From: Fimicolochytrium jonesii
Lineage: Eukaryota
DNA length: 64,000 nt
Reading direction: 5' to 3'
NCBI RefSeq assembly: GCF_025526975.1
Contig: NW_026515669.1
Location: forward strand, 620,001-684,000
Made by a program: the position numbers and the translations under genes. Below the pieces are notes generated by a model that saw only the letters and a list, made by a program, of their open reading frames with translations, did not search any database and was not told the origin of the DNA. This document shows positions 33,546 to 46,525 of the stretch, piece after piece; within the stretch, counting starts at the first letter, position 1, and each line of letters begins with the position of its first letter.

Positions 33546-34990
33546 ATGTCCGCCCTCACCTTCCACGATGCCGCCATCACAATCGTGCCGCTGAACGGCG
33601 GCCCTCCTTCCCAGTTCGGCCGAGGGACCCTGAGCGTCGAGCAGGACACCGTTGGCAACATCTTCCTCGTAGGTCCCGACTGGCGCCTGGCCCTCCCGGC
33701 CGATACCCAAGCCGACAAACCCCAGCCCGGAACATTCACAATCCACTTGCCTGCTGAGGCCCGCTTGAAACGTACTACGGACGGCTCCGAATATGTGTTC
33801 CCACCAGGCTCAGCGAACCTCCGCGTCGACTTCAATAACCCGGAACCGACCTCCCTTGCCGTGTTCGAGACCCTCTTCCTCGGTCCCGCCCCAGCCTACA
33901 CGCCGTTCCCGCAACCTGGCGGCGCCGACGCGACGTACGGCCCAGCCACCGCAACCGACACCCACCACAAAAACAGTCTCGCCCTTGTCGATGAGAAGGG
34001 TGACGTCGTGGGGGTGGTCGCAGAGGGTGTGGACCTGAAGAACGCAGACGGCGGGGGACCAATTACATACGGCGACAACGAATCCGCTGTCATTGAGATT
34101 GATAGTTTGCCCGTCGTGGACCTGGATCAGCAGCACCGGGATGAGCGGGTCACGGTCAGGGTGAAGGTTATCCGGGACGCATCGTCGACGGTCGTCAAGA
34201 CAGGGACCTATGTGTCCACCGGTCTGATTGTGGGATCTTCGGCGCTGGGGAAGGCTGTGAAGAGTGGAGCGAGTGCGTTGAAGACCATGATTCCTGTTGC
34301 TTCAACGCCATGGACGGTAAGGACAGGGAGGGAGCAAGGAACTTTTCTGTGTCATCACATTCATTATGATCGAAGTTGGCTCATCCTCGTCCTTTCGTCC
34401 AACAGCCCAGCCAAAGCACGAAAGACAACATCGACAAGTTCCACAAGGGCACCCAACAAACCGCTAACCTGACTCGCCGAGCCGCTGAAACCATCGCCGG
34501 AATCGCCGTCTCCGCGGGCCAAAAGGTAGCCCAATCCGCCACGAAAGCCGCCTCGCCCAACGGCGATTACCGCACCCACTCGGCTTCATGGGACCTGCTG
34601 AAGAACACCGTGCACGCCGTCAGCACCGTCCTGGATGCTGCGGCGGACGCGGGCAAGTCGCTGTACGCGGATACAGTTGAAGCCACCTCCGGCCTCGTTC
34701 AGCACCGCTATGGAACAGAAGCGGGCGACGCAGTGCGCACGAGCTTGGGGGCAGTGGGACACGTCGGGCTCATGTACTTTGATGCCAAGGGGATTGGTCG
34801 GCGCGCGTTCTTGAAAAAGGCCGCAAAGGGCGCCATCACGAACGTCAAGCTGAAGGATGGTCGTGTTGTCAGTCTGGGTGGTGCGAACAATGGGCCGACC
34901 ATTGCTCATTCACCGACCCCTGGACCTAGTAGTAGCGGCGGGTATGCACCTGCATCGAAATCGAGTCAATCGCCGTTCGGGAAAAAGTGA
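33546..34990 (+). CDS. Senescence/spartin-associated domain protein; 2 exons
   Basis: C-terminal helical region AVSTVLDAAADAGKSL..TSGLVQHRYGTEAG..YFDAKGIGRRAFLK typical of the senescence domain. Intron approximately 34317-34405. Confidence 0.72.
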
Positions 34991-35302
34991 GAGGATTTTA
35001 CGCCCGGAATCACAACTTGTAGGACATAGGTAGAGGACGCTCCCTGTGATTAGTACAAATGTGGATAGACATTCCCAAAACTGATTCGCGTCCCCACACC
35101 CTTAAATGCCAAAATGGATAAGGAACTGAATCCTTCTCAGAAGTTATCCAACCCTTCGGGGCATTAGAGGAACACGGCTCCAATAAATATGGTTCCAAAA
35201 TGCGACAGTCTGGGCGACAAAGTTTTGCCAGGCAGTGAAGAGAATCGCGCCAGTCCAGTGTCTACGGATCCGTGAGCCACGACCGAACAAGAGTCTGAAT
35301 TC

Positions 35303-37808
35303 TTAAGTCTCCTTCTGCCGTCTATGCTCCCTCACGTCCTCCGACATCACCCTCGCCGACTCGCCGGGCCTCTCGCCCGGCGGCTGGGCGGGGCCACCCG
35401 AAAGCGGCTGCATCTCGTATGTTTGGGTGTCGACAGCGGCGGCCTCAGCGACGATTTTGGCGGCGAGGCGCGGCACGTCCACGTAGTCGGAGCCGTAGTG
35501 GGTGATGAGTTTAAGGCAGGCGCCCATGATTGCGATGCACATGGAGCTCATGAGGAATTTGTAGGAGGCCGAGTCTGATGTGGGATGGAACAATGTGAGT
35601 TTCTCGTGTGGGCACCGCTTTTACATGTTGCGAGCCGCGCGAAATACTCACATGAAGTAGTCAAGAAGATCAGCAAGATCATGAAGATGCTGCCCACAAT
35701 ACCAAGCGGTAGCTAAAAGACAAGGGGGGTCAATCCAGCACACATGCACAGCCATTCCCTTCGCAACCACACATTGCGAAGACTTCTCCGTCCTTCGCCG
35801 GCATTCAACACGAAAGAAAAGCCCATACCACGAGATACCGAATAGGCCGCTCTTGCTGCAAAAACGGCGAGACCACGGTCGGGTTCACCTCATATACTCC
35901 CAGCATGAGATTGAATGCATCCTGTAAAACGTTCCAGAGAGGATGCATGTGTAAGAAACAACGACAGTCGCTCACAAACCGCACAAATCGCCACCAGACG
36001 CGACAGATGCACACCTGCCGAGACCCATCAAGGAAATTGTTCTTGAAGTACCGAACAGCCGAGTTTCGGAAATCCTGCAGCGCGCCGGCCCGCGTGCGTT
36101 TCCCACCGCGCGTAAAGTCCGTTTTAAGGGCACCGGTGCCGCTGTATTGCCGGCTAACTTCGTCGGCGTTGTCGGCCCAGACTGCCACGCAACGACACCA
36201 ATAAGTTCCTTTTGTCTTTCATCGAGGGTCGCATGATAAGGATGAGTAATCAGCCAGCAACTTTGATACATACTATGCTTGAAAACCCTTTCAAATTCCA
36301 CAGCATCCTCCACCTTCCCACCAGGCGGCAAAATCCCTAGCTCCACAAACTGCTGCTTGAGCGAATTGCGAGCCAGCACGCTCTGCACTACATTGGTCCT
36401 GTCCAAGCAGTCCATGCAGTTGGTGCGCACGACCGAGTCTTGCTGCTTCAGTACGGCGCCTTTGGCGTCTTGCTTGAAGTAGCTGTTCCGTGAATGGACT
36501 GGTTGGTCAGCGTCATTTGCCCGAGTCGTAAAGGGAATGTGGTAGCAACTATTACCCTTGAGCTTCCAGCTCGGGCCGGATGTCCTCGAGGAGCACGGAG
36601 ATGCGGTCCCATCGCATGTTTCGGCACTCGTGATGAAAGTCGAAATGGACGTATCTGTCGACGAGAGCTGTTCACTCCTGCTGTACCCCTCTCGAAGAGA
36701 CGGGACTCTTTGTGTGGGAACTTACCTGATGCGTGGCTCATTCAGCCTTTGGATGGCACTCGCAAACGCTATCCCAAGCGGGTGCTCATATCCTTTCTTG
36801 TTGATCAAGTTCACCACGATCTGGCGGTTATACAACCGCAGCTGCTCATCGAAATGCTTCTTGAAAGACGCGGCCTACTGAAACGCGTCAATGATGCTAC
36901 TGGCGCCAATCGCATTTCCAATGAAGCTGCCACTCTACCGTCTTCGGATCCGGCACAACTTCCAATTTCGGCTGGTATCTAATGTTTGCCGTCTGCTTCC
37001 AATAGAGCGGTATCGACCCACGCGTCTGCACATACGACGTCTTGTCCCCGGCTTCCGTGACAACAATCTGCTCAGTCTCAACGTAATTCGAAACGTTGCC
37101 GTTGTCGTCGACCCCGCGCGAATGGTATCGAGTTCCAGCTCGATGGTGTGATCGGCGCGTGATGAGACCGAATGTTAGGCGACGGTTGTTCACGGAGATG
37201 TCTTTGAGCTCTATGAATCCACACATGATGGGAAGAATAAAGTTGCTGAGGTCGTGGTCAGGTCGTGACGTGCTCATCTCTATCAGCCTCCTTTGCATAT
37301 AGCGATTCCAGAAGAACCGCTCATCTGCTGTAGCCCAAAGAGGCCGCTCTTTGGCTGCCTGTTTGCTTGTTCGCTGTGCTGAGTTCGTGAGGTCAAAGGT
37401 GTACGAAAAGTAGAAGTAGCCGGCACCAAGAAGCGTGTCGAGCATGAAGACATAGTTGACATCGTCTTGAATCTGCTGCTCGGAGAGATGCAATCTACTT
37501 CGCTGGACTGGGATGGTCTTATGTCCAGTGAGCTTGTAGACCTCATGGCCGGATATCTTCCCAATCCTCTCACGCCCCGTGATAACAACAATATGGTCGC
37601 CGGCGTTCAACTTGATTACACCCAACAGCCCATGGATGCTGATGACTTCCTCCTGTCGCAGTGTCGGCGCTGGCGGGGCGTTCAGATTCAATGACCCATC
37701 GATGCGGTTAATCACCAAAGTCTCCCTTCGCACCGACGGGTTCTGATATACAGGCTCGAACGTGAACGTCTCGCTCGAGATGTACAGATTCAATGAACTG
37801 TAGACCAT
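35303..37808 (-). CDS. SAC1: Sac1 phosphoinositide phosphatase; multi-exon
   Basis: [52 protein letters not shown]5R motif [35 protein letters not shown], two C-terminal TM helices. Confidence 0.93.
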
Positions 37809-38467
37809 GTTGGGCGATGGTGCCTGCTGCACAACGGACCAGTTATGATCGTTCGCTGGAAGCGGTAAGGAGAATCCCGCCGCGTACGATGCAGTGGGTC
37901 TTCCAGCTGTTTGTGTAGCCGAGGCCCGCCTCCCGAAGCTTCGGGATGCGTGAATCTGAGAGCCCAACGTTCTGAAGAAACCGCAACGGCGAAACGGCGG
38001 GACCGCAGCCGGGCAATATGATAGTCTAGAACAAAGCCGCAGAAGGGACGACGCTACGTTGTGCGCCACGGTGAGCGCTGCTACACTCCGGTGTCGGAAG
38101 GACCCTCTGAGCGAAAGTGTTACTTTCTCAGCGATGGTGAACGAATACATACAGGAAGAAGACCTACATGAAGAACGGAGGCGTTCTTCCTCAATAGCAG
38201 AGCGTCTACGTGAAGGCCGAGTATATGGAAGCGCCAGGATGTGCTTGCTGACCTGCAAGGGCTTGCCGCTGAATTGTGAAGCCTTCCGAGTCTTCTGACG
38301 CCCGTCGCACCTCTGACGCTGGAAGGCAGGCAAGGTCAACATCAACGCGAGAGCCCCCACGCGTCTCCTTTCGCCTCTCACGTTGCACATGCACGTTTTG
38401 GCCTGCTCGCAACCGTTTCCCCCTCAACCTAAATTCAACTCAGCTGCCAGCGTCGGAGTTGCAGAGG

Positions 38468-39389
38468 ATGGGTGAAGACGACATAGGCACTCGCTGGGTC
38501 TTCGGCTACGGCTCCCTGTGCTGGAAAGTAGGTAACTCGGTGATATCGCCCTCCTGCGTTATATGTCGCCTCGGAACATACAGAACAGCGGTGCTGAGCG
38601 TTCATTCCACTTTTCCAAATCAGACTTCCCATATGAAGCCCGCTTTCCCGGTTTCGTAAAGGGCTTCGTACGCCGGTTCTGGCAAGGAAGCACGGACCAT
38701 CGCGGAACACCCGAAGCTCCCGGCCGCGTCGTGACACTGGTGCCTTTCGACGAATGGGAACGCTGTTATAAGGGCCATGATCCACACGGCCCCAAGCATG
38801 TCGACGACGCGGTATGTTGGGGTGTGGCGTACAAGATTGCGGCGGATAAAGTAGAGGAAGTCCTGGCGCATCTGGACCATCGCGAAAAGGATGGGTACGA
38901 CTGCGTCACAACGCACGTCTATCATCCCACCGTCACGGATAAAGAAACCGGAAACCCACGCCCAGTTGTCAAGGCGAGGGTGTACATCGCGACCTCGAAC
39001 AACGACAGCTTCTTGGGGCCGACTGAAGTTGAGAAACTGGCGCTCCAGATTGCAGTCACGGAAGGTCCAAGTGGCCACAATGCCGAATGTATGGAGACCC
39101 TTGGATTCGTTATCAACTCGCACTGTATCTGCCTGATGCTTACAGGGACCCCTCCTCTACAGATTTCTTGGGATTGAGCAGATCTATGCGGATACTAGCA
39201 CCAGAAACACCAGACATGCACTTGAACGCATTGGAACCGCTAGTTATCGAACATTTGAAACGCTTGGGAACGCCGATTCCGCCCATCAATCCGGGTGATG
39301 AGGCCAAGTTCATGGAGCTCAATTCGCACTTGCACATTCTCTCAGAGCTTTTGCTGGTCGATGAGAATAAGCTTGCGGAGGAGAACTGA
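38468..39389 (+). CDS. CHAC: Glutathione-specific gamma-glutamylcyclotransferase (ChaC/Gcg1); 3 exons
   Basis: WVFGYGSLCWK, RRFWQGSTDHRGTPEAPGRVVTL, LDHREKDGY, GPSGHNAE. Confidence 0.9.
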
Positions 39390-39697
39390 AGTGTAGCCGG
39401 GACTTGGTGAAAGAAGCGTACTGTCACACACTTGTAACCTAGTGAACTCTTAGCTGTGACGGTCTCAATTTTGGACATGAAGAAGCCGAATCTCATCTTT
39501 CGCATGTATGTAGACAATGAATGTCAAATAAAAACAAATGTTGTCGCGGGACGTCCGTAGCGCTTGCTCTCAGACAGGTGTCCTGGTTATGATATCTTAC
39601 AGCAGCGCCTAATTGAGCGCCTAGGATAGTACACACGCTAGCTAAACATGCACAGCAGCTCTCCAATACATCCTCACTCCTATTCTGACGTTCTAAT

Positions 39698-41185
39698 CTA
39701 TGCGTCCAACCAATCAGCCAGAGGCGAACGTAGTTTGGACCATGCAATCACCTCCTTTACCTCTCCATTGATAAGCCACGGCATAACTTCACCATTATAC
39801 AGTATCCGCACGTCCAACCCTTCCCCATCGCCCCCGTCATTACTCAAACTCTCTTCTTTCGGCTTCCACACCTCAATCACTAACATCGAAGCATATGGCG
39901 GCCACGCGTGTGCTGCCTGTTGCAACTTTAGTGTATGACTACCAGACGCAAGAACAGCAAGTAAACCCGACAGTGTCGTGTCGTGCGCGGAATAATGATG
40001 TATCCTCGTGTCAGACCGTCGCTTGCTCAGAATCTCGCGCACCAATGGCCCGATTCGCATCACGGACTCCTTCCGTCTGTCTCCCATCTGGGTATCATAC
40101 TCCAACCGCAACCATTCATGCGCCAACCAGACGGTGCTCTCGACATCCCTGGCGATAAGACACGTGTCCTTTCCAGCCGCACAGGGAAGCTCGTACCCAT
40201 GACATCCCCTAGTCTGCAACAAGTCGAACCAGCTCTCCAAAGAATACTCGTAGTCCGCCTGCACGGCATCGTTCATATGCGCCGCAAACTGGGTCGATAA
40301 TTGGTGGTACGCAAGGAACGCCCTGTCGTGCGCTCGGGTCTTCCGATACAATGCTCGAAGATCCGCACTGCCCAACCTTAGACCCAGAGCATCAATCGGC
40401 CGCGGCCGGATCTCCAACGGCACGGGCTGCTGTTCCCCCACCGACGAAGCGTTCCCCACCGGAAACAACTCATTCACAAAGTACTGGGCAGACTGGACTG
40501 TCCGCCACACATCCGTGCTCCGGAACCTCGCCTCCTCCAAACCAGGCGTCTTCCCACCCTCCCACTCCACCCTCCCTGTCAAATACACCTCCCTCACAGC
40601 CCTCCCTACATCCTTCATCTGCTCGATCCCCCGGTACGTCAGCTGGCCGAGATTGCAGCGTCCTGCCCAATACTCCTTTTCGTCGTCATCGTCGCCTAGA
40701 GAGAGCGTTTTGAGGAACCCGCGCTCGGAGGGCGTGAGATGCGCGTACTCGGTGGGTGGGCAGGCGTTGACCCATGTGGGGGGTGAGTTGGGTGTGTCGG
40801 GGAATGGGAGGGCGGGGGTGCGGTCGCCGTGGCGGGTTATGATGTGGAGGGTTTGGAGGTTATGTGTTTTTGAGAGCTGTGGGTGGGAAGAGTGGAAGAA
40901 AGTACCGATGAGCGACGGTGTGTTGGACATACGGCTTTCTGCAAAGTCACCTACGCTTCGATATCCTTCGGCTCCCAAATATTTGGCCCGACAGTAGTCG
41001 TAGCCCTCCGGATACTCCTTCGGTCGCAGCAAGCTCCAACCATCTCCCGCACCGATGTCAACCGGTCCATCTCGCCGACGTGTCCGCCCGGTGTTGGCCC
41101 ATATGATCAGGAACGCGGCGAAGCTACCGAAGATGAAACGCCGCCATGGGGAGGACGACGCCCGTGAAACGACACTCCTGGTCAT
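39698..41185 (-). CDS. Histidine acid phosphatase (branch 2) with N-terminal TM/signal anchor; intronless
   Basis: RHGDRTP, GQLT..G, RST..RT.QSA, YSAHDTTL, WPPYAS. Confidence 0.88.
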   Translation of the reverse strand: MTRSVVSRASSSPWRRFIFGSFAAFLIIWANTGRTRRRDGPVDIGAGDGWSLLRPKEYPEGYDYCRAKYLGAEGYRSVGDFAESRMSNTPSLIGTFFHSSHPQLSKTHNLQTLHIITRHGDRTPALPFPDTPNSPPTWVNACPPTEYAHLTPSERGFLKTLSLGDDDDEKEYWAGRCNLGQLTYRGIEQMKDVGRAVREVYLTGRVEWEGGKTPGLEEARFRSTDVWRTVQSAQYFVNELFPVGNASSVGEQQPVPLEIRPRPIDALGLRLGSADLRALYRKTRAHDRAFLAYHQLSTQFAAHMNDAVQADYEYSLESWFDLLQTRGCHGYELPCAAGKDTCLIARDVESTVWLAHEWLRLEYDTQMGDRRKESVMRIGPLVREILSKRRSDTRIHHYSAHDTTLSGLLAVLASGSHTLKLQQAAHAWPPYASMLVIEVWKPKEESLSNDGGDGEGLDVRILYNGEVMPWLINGEVKEVIAWSKLRSPLADWLDA

Positions 41186-41644
41186 GGTTTAATCGCCTAA
41201 AGGAGTTTTCGTGCCAAGCTATATTTTGATGCTGGGAACCTGAGAATACACGAAACGTTCTCACGTATGACCGCTGAGAGGCAACGCAAAGCCCGATGTA
41301 TACCGTCAACCAAAGAACGTTTTATGCACCCTCAAAACCTCAAAATGTACAAGTTCCTATTACAAGTTCCTATTAGGAAGGACGGGAAAAAGGGGTCCCC
41401 GAATGTTGGGGAGGAACGCGGAAGGGTAAGGGCGACATACGCAGGGAAATTAACCGCAACTTTGCGACTACACTGTGACAGTAAACTTGGTATAGCAGAG
41501 AGGATAAGGGAAGAACCTCCAAATGGGGGGCAAAACTGAGACGAATAGTGGTGACCGCCAGGATCCTGACGTACGAAGCCGTTTGGTGATTGATGGGTTC
41601 AGACATCGCATGGGGTAGATATGACGGGCGGTTGGAATCTTTGT

Positions 41645-44085
41645 TCACAACTCGATCTCAACCACCCTGGCCCCTTGCCGAGTCATCTCCGCAACGTAAT
41701 CATCCCCATCGACGCTCTCGTCCGTGTCGAGCGACTCAACCCGACTAGCAGGTCGAGTGTCCTGCGACTCGATCCGGCTGGTAGCCCGATGTTGAGAGAA
41801 GTTCACTGGAGGTAGCGAACGCGTGTCACTTGCAGCTGGACCCACCCGCACTTTACCAGTGGCGTCGTCAACGCGGGCGGAGAGGTTTGCTTCGGCGAGG
41901 ATGCGTTGCGATGACGGTTCGATGCCTTGAGGCCGTAAGGAGGCAACAAGAGCTTGGTTTGCGGGGTTGCCGTCCAGGAGATTGCGGAGGGCGAGAATGG
42001 ATTGCTCTTTGATGACTGTGCGAGAGAAGGGAATTTCCAAATAAGAATCCGAACCAAGGATGCGGCCTCCGCTGTCGGAGATAGCCCCAGTACTTACAGG
42101 GGTTGTCATCATCGATCGCACACTGGCTAAGCACGGCTTCAACGCCTCCAAACAATCTGAAAGCGTCTTGGACCTCTTTTGCCTCGTAACTCAAGTTTGA
42201 TATGATCTTGATCACATCGCATTTGAGCATGAAGAACGGAGATTGGGTAGGCTCCTGCTGGGCGACCATGGGAGGTGTGGAGGGTGGAGTGGGTGATGAG
42301 GCGGTAGGCGTGCTCGCGTGAGAGCTGCTTTGACTCGACACGTTTTGACGGGTAGGAGGCAACGTTTTAATGGTTGAGCGCGGTTGTACGCTGTTCAGGA
42401 AGTGCATGAGGTCTACAGACAGGAGAGAGTCAGCAACTTGATTTGAATTGGGTGATCAAGCAATAATGCGGGGACCATACCTATTAACGATTTCCCAAGA
42501 TGGGCATTCATAAGCTTAATCTTGGCATCCGGTCCGAGTTCCGACGCGACGCGACCTATGCAATGCAAAAGGAGAGCAATGCCCTCTAGGTCAAGCCCGA
42601 ATACTGATCGCGGCGCTTCATTGATCACCGTCAGGTCCTTGACCTCTTCCAAGTTCCTACGCACGGCATCGACCGTCTTGCGTAGGACGACTACCAGAAG
42701 GACCAACGTATCGATCCCTAAATCGATTGGCATGACCGACGGTGGGGAATGGTCATGTGAGTCGCAGTGCGGCTGCGCATCAATCAGACCATCCAGGAGA
42801 CGGAGGTATGTGATGTGCTGCTGGAACAGAACGTGCTTTCGATTCGGATCGCGCCCATGGCATAGTGCATGCATGATGTTGGGAGTCATATCGAGCTCAA
42901 TCATGTTCCGGAAGATTGCGTAGACGTAGTCGAATGCGTTGCAGTTCACGGTTGCCAGCTGCTCGGCCTTGTCCAGGAGGACCTTGAGCAGATCGCGGCC
43001 GATGGCGGTTCCGATAACGTACATGCACCGGTCGCGACACATCATGGTGCAGTTCAAAATGCAAATCAGCACGTAGGTCAGTTGATGGACATCGGCAGTG
43101 TTGATTAGCTGCCTGTGTGAGATGGTGCAGATTAGTTGCGGATCGGACGGTATACGGTGCGACAATAATGCTTTGCGTACAGAAGAAGGTCGGACTCCGT
43201 GAAGTAGCGCGGCCAGAGCTTGTCTTGCACATCGGGATTGCCGGTCATCATGTTGGCCAACATTTGCGTTCCCATGCTGACGCATTTCGCCACTACAGGA
43301 CGATCGAGTCAGCTTAATACTCACATCACATCAGTAGGCCACAGTCAACCAGTAACGTACCTCTTTCCCGCATGTTGATACAGCATCCCTTCTTCATGCA
43401 CATCAGCCAGCTGCAGAGGTACGAGATGATCTCCTCCATTGGCTCATAGAAGCCTTGTTCCCAGGCATCCTGTTGGTTTGAGCGGACCTGGGCACAAAGG
43501 TTCCTGACGAGCTGGAAATGGGCTGTCGCGAGATCTACAGCACGCTCGGCACGCTTCGGGCAGGCCACTCCCGTCTTTCCAACTCCAAACACGCAGAAGA
43601 GATGGTTGCGCGTGAAGATCAGCGCTGTCCGCAGCGACTCCCACATATACGGAGTTTGAGCGATTTGTTGTCTGGTAGCAGAGACAGAGGAGGGAGGTGA
43701 GTACGCAGCACACAAACGCCATATGCGCACGTTGAATCATTTACCTCAGCTCCACGTCCTTTGCAAGCTCCTTCGCGACAGAGTCGACAACAGCTGTCGC
43801 CTCAGCAAGGTGCTCATAAGCTGGCGGTGCCGAGCATCCCGCGTTGATCCTCTCGAGAAGAGGCCTCCAAGCGGTCAATAGGCGGACCGCCAGTTCTGGT
43901 AATCCTTCCAGATCTTCCGGAGTGTACGTGCATGCCGTCGCCTTTATTGGCGCCGGCACCGGTGTGCATTGTTGTTGGTTTTCTGTCGCAGCGGAGCTGT
44001 CGTTGCTCCGTTGCTCCAAGTGTATCGTGTCTGTGCCCTCTACTCCTGATAAAGAAGGGGCCATACAGACCTCTTCAGCGGCCAT
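41645..44085 (-). CDS. ATXN10: Ataxin-10/Ctr86-like ARM-repeat protein; multi-exon
   Basis: VRNLCAQ..NQ and the C-terminal Ataxin-10 domain KCDVIKIISNL...VQD..R..GG...LSQC.IDDDNP|.IKEQSILALRNLLDGNPANQ. Confidence 0.78.
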
Positions 44086-44801
44086 TACGCCGAAGCGGCA
44101 AGAAGAAAAAACGTGGTGGCGGAAGACTCCGAGAGACTCCCAAACTGAATTTGGCGACGCAAGCCCTATACCAAGGATAGCCGGTATTGAGGTTGCTCGC
44201 AACTCTTGAAGCCACTGTCGAGAACGAGGGATCCAGTGTCACTGAGCGTGGAGTTGATGTCCCAGTGCGAACTCTGGGTACGGCGATAGAATTGGCACTC
44301 TTCCCTCTCAGACACGGAAAAATGCGCAATTGAGTCCGAAGTTCTGGCGTCGACAGCGAGTAAACGGGGGGACCTTGTCAAGAGACGCTTGTATAGATAT
44401 GAGACCGTTGAAAGTGGATACTGCGGGCGGGGGTCGCTTGTTATTGTTGTCGCAGGGGCTATGTCGAACCTCCACCTCCAGTCGGGCTTTGCGCAAAAAG
44501 ACGGGCTGCATTGGTAATCCATATTGTAATGATTATTGTACTGTACGGTACTCGGGAGTTCCGCGGCAGCTCTCGTCTCTCTTCAAATTCATAATTCACC
44601 ACCATGAGGCAAGGATGACAATCACAACGATTGTTGGTGCTTTCCAGACCGAGTCCAGGCTGCCGGCTCAGTTGGAATGTCAGCTATTTCTCTGCACGGA
44701 ACTGTCAAATTTTATTCACTCCTTTTCTCGACTGGAATACGGAAGAGGAAGTTCAAAATCAAATCGGAATCAGGCGTCCGATCAATGATAGAACGTACAT
44801 A

Positions 44802-44927
44802 CAGTCACCTCGCAAAACTCTGTACCCCCCCTGAAATAAATCAGCGACTGCCGCGACGCCAAATTCATGTGAGTGACCAATATTGATTTCAATTAGAGGG
44901 GGGGCACAGAATTTTGCGAGGTGACTG
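44802..44927. mobile_element. MITE, Tc1/mariner-type, 126 bp (second family)
   Basis: About 30-bp TIRs CAGTCACCTCGCAAAACTCTGTACCCCCC ... GGGGGGCACAGAATTTTGCGAGGTGACTG (2 mismatches), with TA at 44800-44801 and 44928-44929. Confidence 0.88.
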
Positions 44928-45489
44928 TACATACATACTCCATGTACCACGCACATTCGTGTATCGACTATCGAGTAAAATACTGGATATACTATATTAA
45001 TCAGTGTGATGACAACAGGAGAACTATTGGCCGCTTCGGAGCGATGAGAAAGACCGGGCCATCGCACCAATGTGCTCATGCATGGTCGCCCGGCACTGGG
45101 CGTGGTGCCAAATCCACCCGATAGGGTAAGGGACGTAGGAGTTTTGATTGAGGGATTTGCCATATGCCATACGTGCCAATACGTGAGCACTTGCTGGCGT
45201 CTCCAAACCACATGGCTTTCGTCATCAGGCAGAGTTCAGCGATGGGTCATAATCCACCTGCTATAACGAACCTAGAATGAGCTGCAAGGAGTCGCGGAGT
45301 CGGGACCAGCGAACGGTTCGATAGCAGCCAAACCGAAAATATTACTAATCGGGATGCCTCGGTGGTGACAACGCCGACGCCGCCCAGGGGTAAACGCCGA
45401 AAATAATACGCCGAATCCTTAATCATTTGGATGGAAGCGTGTGCGGTGCAGCGTGCGAGCCCAATTCAGCTTTCCGCCCGACGATATCC

Positions 45490-45975
45490 TCATGTCGAAT
45501 AGACGGTAAAGCACTCGATTTTGCAGTTCGGATCTTCCCAATCCTTCGCCGCGAGGTCTATCTGAATCCCTAGATTGTCATAAACAACGCAGCACTTCGG
45601 GTACTTCTCCTTGCTCGTGGGTTCATCAAGGAGCGCAACAATTTCCTGCCCCGTCAGATCCATCCGTAAACCGTAGGGTAACGGAAATACGTCTTCCAAG
45701 GCGTATCTCGAGTAGCCCGAAATGCCGTCGTTGTAGAGATGAATGGCAGCCAGGACAAGATCGCCCCCTGTCTGCTTCTCGTCGAAGCTGTAGCTTATGC
45801 CCAACGTGGTGTAGTTGTGGAAGAGAGTCCCTGGGAAGGTTTTTGTGCTGCAAGGGAAGCGCTGGTCCGGTGGATGAATCCGGTCCAGATGGTCGCGGAA
45901 GGCTTGGGAGTCGAGGCTGATGCCCAGCATAGTGGTCACATCTGGTGCTTGTGTAGATGCCGTTGACAACGCCAT
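45490..45975 (-). CDS. Hypothetical globular protein, about 161 aa, intronless
   Basis: ATG-initiated ORF with ordered alpha/beta-like composition and two similar segments (NYTTLGISYSFD and YDNLGIQIDL). Confidence 0.65.
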   Translation of the reverse strand: MALSTASTQAPDVTTMLGISLDSQAFRDHLDRIHPPDQRFPCSTKTFPGTLFHNYTTLGISYSFDEKQTGGDLVLAAIHLYNDGISGYSRYALEDVFPLPYGLRMDLTGQEIVALLDEPTSKEKYPKCCVVYDNLGIQIDLAAKDWEDPNCKIECFTVYST

Positions 45976-46525
45976 TGTCCCGACGACTGCTTTGGCTTGA
46001 AAGATCGTTTGTTGAGCGATGTTTTCCACTGCAGAGTGATGGACAGGAGGAGAAGTTGAAACTTGAAAGGCAGCTGAGCTGTTCCTTGGGAGCCTTGGGA
46101 AATCCTGATGTCACGTCACGTGCTCTCGAGGGGACGACCTGCAAACCAATTCAGCATGTCGCCCGAATTTGCTCTGAGATCATCACGCACTCATCGAGCG
46201 GAAGTGACAAGACCGAGTGCGAACCATCGCCGGACAACGTAGATGTCAAGAGTCAATCGCCCTCGCGGGTCCGGCCAGGTTTGTGGTGGTGGTGGTTCTG
46301 TTGGCGAGCCGCCGGCACTTGGGGACCCAAGTTGGGCCATGTCTATTTTTAGGTATCGCACGTGGAATGACGAAGCGTGCGAGACGAGGGCACGTTTTCA
46401 GGTTCATAGTCTCTCTAATGGAACGGGTTTGAACTGGGAAACGGCTGCGAAGCCCCGAATTCTGAGTCGAAATCTCACGCCTGAAATCTCGTGCAATACA
46501 CTTCTTACGACCAAGTATATCCACA

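Noticed and set aside
37809..38390. Long in-frame extension upstream of SAC1 (497-aa ORF)
   Set aside because: It starts at ATG 38390, but the extension looks non-protein-like, spans the divergent promoter shared with ChaC, and Sac1-like sequence begins at MVYSSL (37808).
27383..39389. GPX and ChaC as a glutathione gene cluster
   Set aside because: They are 10 kb apart and separated by four unrelated genes.
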